From Phycisphaerae bacterium (lineage in GTDB: Bacteria > Planctomycetota > Phycisphaerae > UBA1845 > UTPLA1): DNA of 36,276 bases. Below are positions 35,494-36,276 of this stretch, one piece after another (within the stretch, counting starts at the first letter, position 1; each line of letters opens with the position of its first letter). The DNA lies in contig JAJDEC010000342.1 in assembly GCA_029259995.1 (NCBI GenBank), positions 1-36,276 of the forward strand. The letters run 5' to 3'. A model generated the notes under the pieces. The model was not told the DNA's origin and made no database searches. It was given only the letters and a program-made list of their open reading frames with translations. The translations under genes were made by a program, and so were the position numbers.

Positions 35494-36276
35494 GTGCGGG
35501 TCCTGCTCCTTGTCACGGCGCTGATCGGAATCATTATCTGCGCCGTACTGCTCGACATGTCGATCGGCGGGGCGGATCGTTCGGCGACGGATGTGTTCTG
35601 CAAGCCGACAGCGACGATCAACTGCGGCCACGTTCTGGCGAGTCGCTGGGCAACGATCGGCTATTTTCCGACGGCGCAACTCGGGCTGATCTATTTCGCG
35701 TGCATTCTCGGCTGGTATGCGATGATCGGTCTGCCGAACCGCGCGGGCCGCGCCTGGCAGCTTGTTCCCATTGCCGTGATTGGCGCGGGGCTCCTGGGCT
35801 CTGGCGCCTTTCTGTTCATCATGTCGCGTCTGCCCGTCTGGTGCACGTGGTGCGCCGCGGCGCATCTTGCGAATCTCGTCCTGTTTGTGTTATCGATTGT
35901 CGCCTGGTTTGCGGCGACAAATGACAACGCCGCAAGGCTGACGGGTTCGAAAGTCGGGGCCGTCGTCGGTGTCCTGATTCTGATCGGACTGACATTTCTG
36001 CTCGGCAGCACGGCCTATCGTCAACAGCAGGTCGCGCTGCAGTTTCAGAAGCACTATCTCGAAGTGGTCAACGACGTTGACTACATTGTCTGGCGGCATG
36101 CGTCGTCGCCTCGGGTTGAGATACCGATCCGGGACGACGACTTGCGCATCGGTCGTGACGATGCACGCCATACGCTGGTCATCTTCAGCGACTTTGAATG
36201 CGGTGAATGCGCGATTCTCCACAAGGAGTCGAACATTTTCGGGCTCGCGCAGCTGTTTCCGGATTCGCTTCGCGTT
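35494..36276 (+). CDS. VKOR (vitamin K epoxide reductase)-family membrane protein fused to a thioredoxin/DsbA-like domain; 3' partial at window edge
   Basis: Frame 1 is open from 35350 to the window end, and this ORF is not in the ORF track. It has a loop Cys pair FCKPTATINC, the membrane CXXC motif WCTWC (35839-35853) and 4-5 TM segments, then IFSDFECGECA (CGEC at 36199-36210). The start is uncertain: GTG 35494, TTG 35434 or CTG 35353. Confidence 0.8.
   Translation, partial: MRVLLLVTALIGIIICAVLLDMSIGGADRSATDVFCKPTATINCGHVLASRWATIGYFPTAQLGLIYFACILGWYAMIGLPNRAGRAWQLVPIAVIGAGLLGSGAFLFIMSRLPVWCTWCAAAHLANLVLFVLSIVAWFAATNDNAARLTGSKVGAVVGVLILIGLTFLLGSTAYRQQQVALQFQKHYLEVVNDVDYIVWRHASSPRVEIPIRDDDLRIGRDDARHTLVIFSDFECGECAILHKESNIFGLAQLFPDSLRV

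Overview
High-GC bacterial chromosomal window. Gene content and the RRGFTL[LIV]E pseudopilin leaders suggest Planctomycetota, but that is inference only. The window has three parts.

(1) Bases 1-9.1 kb hold housekeeping genes: a partial upstream CDS, a very acidic tail-anchored protein, rsmE, lysA, an lptF/lptG-type permease pair (one with a much enlarged periplasmic domain) and speA.

(2) Bases 9.4-34.0 kb hold one co-directional, largely translationally coupled T2SS/type-IV-pilus-like cluster. In order it encodes a GspF/PilC platform protein, the GspG major pseudopilin, four expanded minor pseudopilins (H-, I-, J-, K-like), a PilM-PilN fusion and a PilO-like protein with a PilP/GspC-HR-like C-terminus. 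It ends in a single 14.5 kb ORF encoding a ~4,828-aa secretin. That secretin has about 40 tandem secretin-N-type domains, two internal signal-peptide-like segments and a single C-terminal beta-barrel domain. No GspE/PilB ATPase and no prepilin peptidase are present in the window.

(3) Bases 34.0-36.3 kb hold a 22-codon SD-led uORF coupled to a lipoprotein gene (candidate pilotin or accessory), a 4-TM protein and a partial VKOR-thioredoxin fusion.

I found no rRNA, tRNA, CRISPR array, transposase or nucleotide-level repeats. All family calls rest on motifs read by eye in the translations; no database search was run.
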